A stretch of DNA of 64,000 nt from Chloropicon primus (lineage: Eukaryota), in contig CP060760.1 of the NCBI GenBank assembly GCA_023205875.1, positions 682,001-746,000 on the forward strand. The letters are read 5' to 3'. Below the pieces are notes generated by a model, which saw only the letters and a list, made by a program, of their open reading frames with translations, had not been told where the DNA came from and did no database searches. Shown here in pieces: positions 61,752 through 64,000 of this stretch. The translations under genes and the position numbers were made by a program. Each line of letters begins with the position of its first letter. Position 1 is the first letter of the stretch.

Positions 61752-63533
61752 ATGTCGGAGGAGGCCTTGAGTAGGGCTGTCGTCCCTCCGCCGGGCAAGT
61801 GCATCGATCCCAAGCACGCCAAGCCGTGCTGGGTCTGCAAGCCTCTTTCGTCCGCGGACAAGGACTCGGTGGTGAGGCTGGTGGACAGGCAGGGTCGATC
61901 GGGTTGCGTCGTCGTCGAGTTGCTTCGGGAGCAGGTCGGCGGGACGATAGAGTGGAACTCCGACATGATTAGGGACCGGGTGAGGGAGAAGCACCCGGGC
62001 GGCAGCCTCGGCGCGGGCGTCGGGACGAAAGACCTGTCCCTCCTGGGGAAGGGGGACTTGCTGCTCCTGTGCAGGGAGTGGGGCTTCCGGTCGGACCTGT
62101 GGAGCTACCCGTCCCCGCCGTCCCCTTCGTCGCTGCGGCAGTCGTCGTCCCCTTCGTCGCAGAGGGCGGCGGCCCCCCTGGCCTCGCCCCCGCAGCCCTC
62201 AACGAGCGCTCTGCGGCGGAGCGAGCCCCGGTGCATCGACCCGAGCCACTCGCAGCCCTGCCAGGTTTGCCTGCCAGCGCCCTCGGAGGACGAGGAGCAC
62301 CGGTTCCAGCTGGTGGGCGACCCGGGAAGGAAGAACGGGGAGAAGAAGCTCAGGAAGTTCATCCAGATGACCCCGGAGTGGAACTCCACCGAGCTGCGGA
62401 AGAAGCTCGGGGACAAGTTCAAGCCCAGGCCGGACCTGGGGACGTTCAGCAAGGTGGTGGCGAACAAGGAGGCGGCGAACTTGAGGAAGCCGCACCTGGT
62501 GAGGCTGTGCAGGGAGTGGGGCTTCAAGTCCAACATTTGGCAGCCGAAGAAGGCGAAGCAGCCGAAGAGGGGAGCGGGGGCGGCTCCGAGCTCCGCCCCG
62601 CGGGACGCGCAGCCCCAAGCCTTCAAGGGCGTGCAGATGTTCGCGGAAGTCAACGACCTCCTGACCAACGTCGGCAGGGAGCTCTTGCGGTCGGCCCAGG
62701 CTCAAAGCCCTGGGCTCGCTAGCGGGGACCCCATGGCGATGCTGTCGGCATCGCCGCTGGCTGGGAGCGCGACGAAGGTTTCCCTGAAGGCCACGGAGCT
62801 CCAAGCCATGTTCAAAGAGTCCGTGAGCACCGCGAAGAGGGCGAGGGAGATGTTTGCCCTCTTCTGCCGGCTGGTGGAGACGCACCTCGCGACCAACGGC
62901 GTGAGAGACATCGACGTGATCACCCTGATATCCAAGGCCCAGGAGATCGCCCTCACCAAGATGAAGCTGGACGCCTCCAAGGCGCACCTCCTCCAGCTGA
63001 TGTCCCAACTCGAGGCAGATCAGGCCGCGAAGATGGCCATGACTGAAATGCCGGAACTCTTCTCGGCGGCTTCCATCCTGAGCGAAGCGGAGAGAAGCAT
63101 TCACGAACTGACCAAGGCCGTTACGAAGGTCCTCCCCACCCAAGCCGCCGGCGTTCTACACGGCGTCCTCTTGGAGGTGCTCGTTTTATTTACCTCCTGC
63201 CAAAGCCTCGCGGCCTTGGCGAGGTTCTGCAGCTACGGCATGTACCTGGACAGCCTCATCTTCATCTACAGCATCTTCAGCGACTTTGACGAGCAGGTCA
63301 TGAACAACCTCCACCACGCCATCGGGAAGATTCTGAACCACATGGTGTCGACCTCGAGCGTGTCCCCGGTGCTGCAGAACACCATCCAGTCCCTCCTCGT
63401 GACGAACTCGCTCTACAACCCAGCGAGTTACCACCAGGGGGAGCCCAGCAGCGCCAGGGAGCCTGGAAGGGGCGAAGGGAGCCCGGGGGATGCGACCCCC
63501 TTTCAAGGGATCGTAAAGAGAGAATTCGGATAG
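61752..63533 (+). CDS. Hypothetical protein with two tandem CIDPxHxxPCxxC domains and a helical C-terminal region
   Basis: ATG at 61752; domains at about 61800-62102 and 62232-62540 separated by an S/P linker; basic PKKAKQPKR after the second domain. Confidence 0.82.
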   Translation: MSEEALSRAVVPPPGKCIDPKHAKPCWVCKPLSSADKDSVVRLVDRQGRSGCVVVELLREQVGGTIEWNSDMIRDRVREKHPGGSLGAGVGTKDLSLLGKGDLLLLCREWGFRSDLWSYPSPPSPSSLRQSSSPSSQRAAAPLASPPQPSTSALRRSEPRCIDPSHSQPCQVCLPAPSEDEEHRFQLVGDPGRKNGEKKLRKFIQMTPEWNSTELRKKLGDKFKPRPDLGTFSKVVANKEAANLRKPHLVRLCREWGFKSNIWQPKKAKQPKRGAGAAPSSAPRDAQPQAFKGVQMFAEVNDLLTNVGRELLRSAQAQSPGLASGDPMAMLSASPLAGSATKVSLKATELQAMFKESVSTAKRAREMFALFCRLVETHLATNGVRDIDVITLISKAQEIALTKMKLDASKAHLLQLMSQLEADQAAKMAMTEMPELFSAASILSEAERSIHELTKAVTKVLPTQAAGVLHGVLLEVLVLFTSCQSLAALARFCSYGMYLDSLIFIYSIFSDFDEQVMNNLHHAIGKILNHMVSTSSVSPVLQNTIQSLLVTNSLYNPASYHQGEPSSAREPGRGEGSPGDATPFQGIVKREFG

Positions 63534-63676
63534 GAGGGGAGAGGCTGGCTCGCCCTAGCTCCTCTGGGGTTAAGAAATATTATTTTTTCTTTTTGGGTCC
63601 CACAAGACAGTTTATTATGATTCTTAGAGTACAGACACTTTGGAAGCGAGGTACAGCAAGTAGCTTGGCGCGATGC

Positions 63677-64000
63677 CTACGTCCCGCCGCCGCCCTCCTC
63701 CTTCACCCAAGCCGTGCCGTTGAAGAAATACCCCGAGCTCGAATCAAAATACAGCTGCTTGTCGTGGTTGAAGTAATACGACGAGTGCGGGTCCCAAACG
63801 TAGCCCGGCGGGACTGGGTTTGGCTGCTGGTGTTGCCCGCTGCACGACTCCCCCTTTGCCTTGTTCCTCGCTCTGGTCACCAGCTCTGCCTTCTCGGCAA
63901 CGCCGGTGAGGTCCTCGCCCCTCGAAACGAGGAACTGCTTCAGCTTTGAAATGGACCAAGATCCATAATCCTCGTCGTCGTTGGCCGCGGGGTCCGAGGC
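63677..64000 (-). CDS. 3' end of a gene with a SAP/HeH-like motif and a C-terminal OCRE domain (truncated by the window edge)
   Basis: Open frame from 64000: ..WSISKLKQFLVSRGEDLTGVAEKAELVTRAR (SAP-like) then VPPGYVWDPHSSYYFNHDKQLYFDSSSGYFFN (OCRE octamer repeats). Confidence 0.75.
   Translation of the reverse strand, partial: ASDPAANDDEDYGSWSISKLKQFLVSRGEDLTGVAEKAELVTRARNKAKGESCSGQHQQPNPVPPGYVWDPHSSYYFNHDKQLYFDSSSGYFFNGTAWVKEEGGGGT

Overview
Eukaryotic nuclear DNA from a compact, gene-dense, intron-poor, GC-rich green alga. Evidence: plant-type MSH1, plastid FabG and ATP/ADP translocase, GT-AG introns, chlorophyte-type TGTAA poly(A) signals and CCCTAAA repeats. The style suggests a picoplanktonic chlorophyte such as Chloropicon, which is inference only. 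About 26 protein-coding genes are supported, most of them housekeeping: MSH1, outer-arm dynein gamma heavy chain, AATF/Bfr2, bZIP, a GT4+GT2 glycosyltransferase, FabG, epsin, COX17, kinesin-3, QCR8, SURP-CID, DUF455, HAD nucleotidase, TruB, caprin-like, PAM, GlyRS and NTT. Two small spliced genes (SMIM8-like and PMP3/RCI2-like) have no correct ORF in the track and were reconstructed by hand. Main highlights: (1) an unrecognised ~105-aa domain, CIDPxHxxPCxxC...EWNS...WGFxSxxW, present three times in two orphan genes, a candidate new Zn-binding, possibly DNA-binding family; (2) a ~3000-aa secreted protein built from repeats resembling phage or giant-virus fibre proteins, with recent internal amplification; (3) a kinesin-3 ending in a CaaX prenylation box; (4) a complete PHM+PAL amidating enzyme with apparent type II topology, which together with an intact outer-arm dynein suggests a flagellated life stage. 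No tRNA, rRNA, CRISPR array or intact transposon could be supported.
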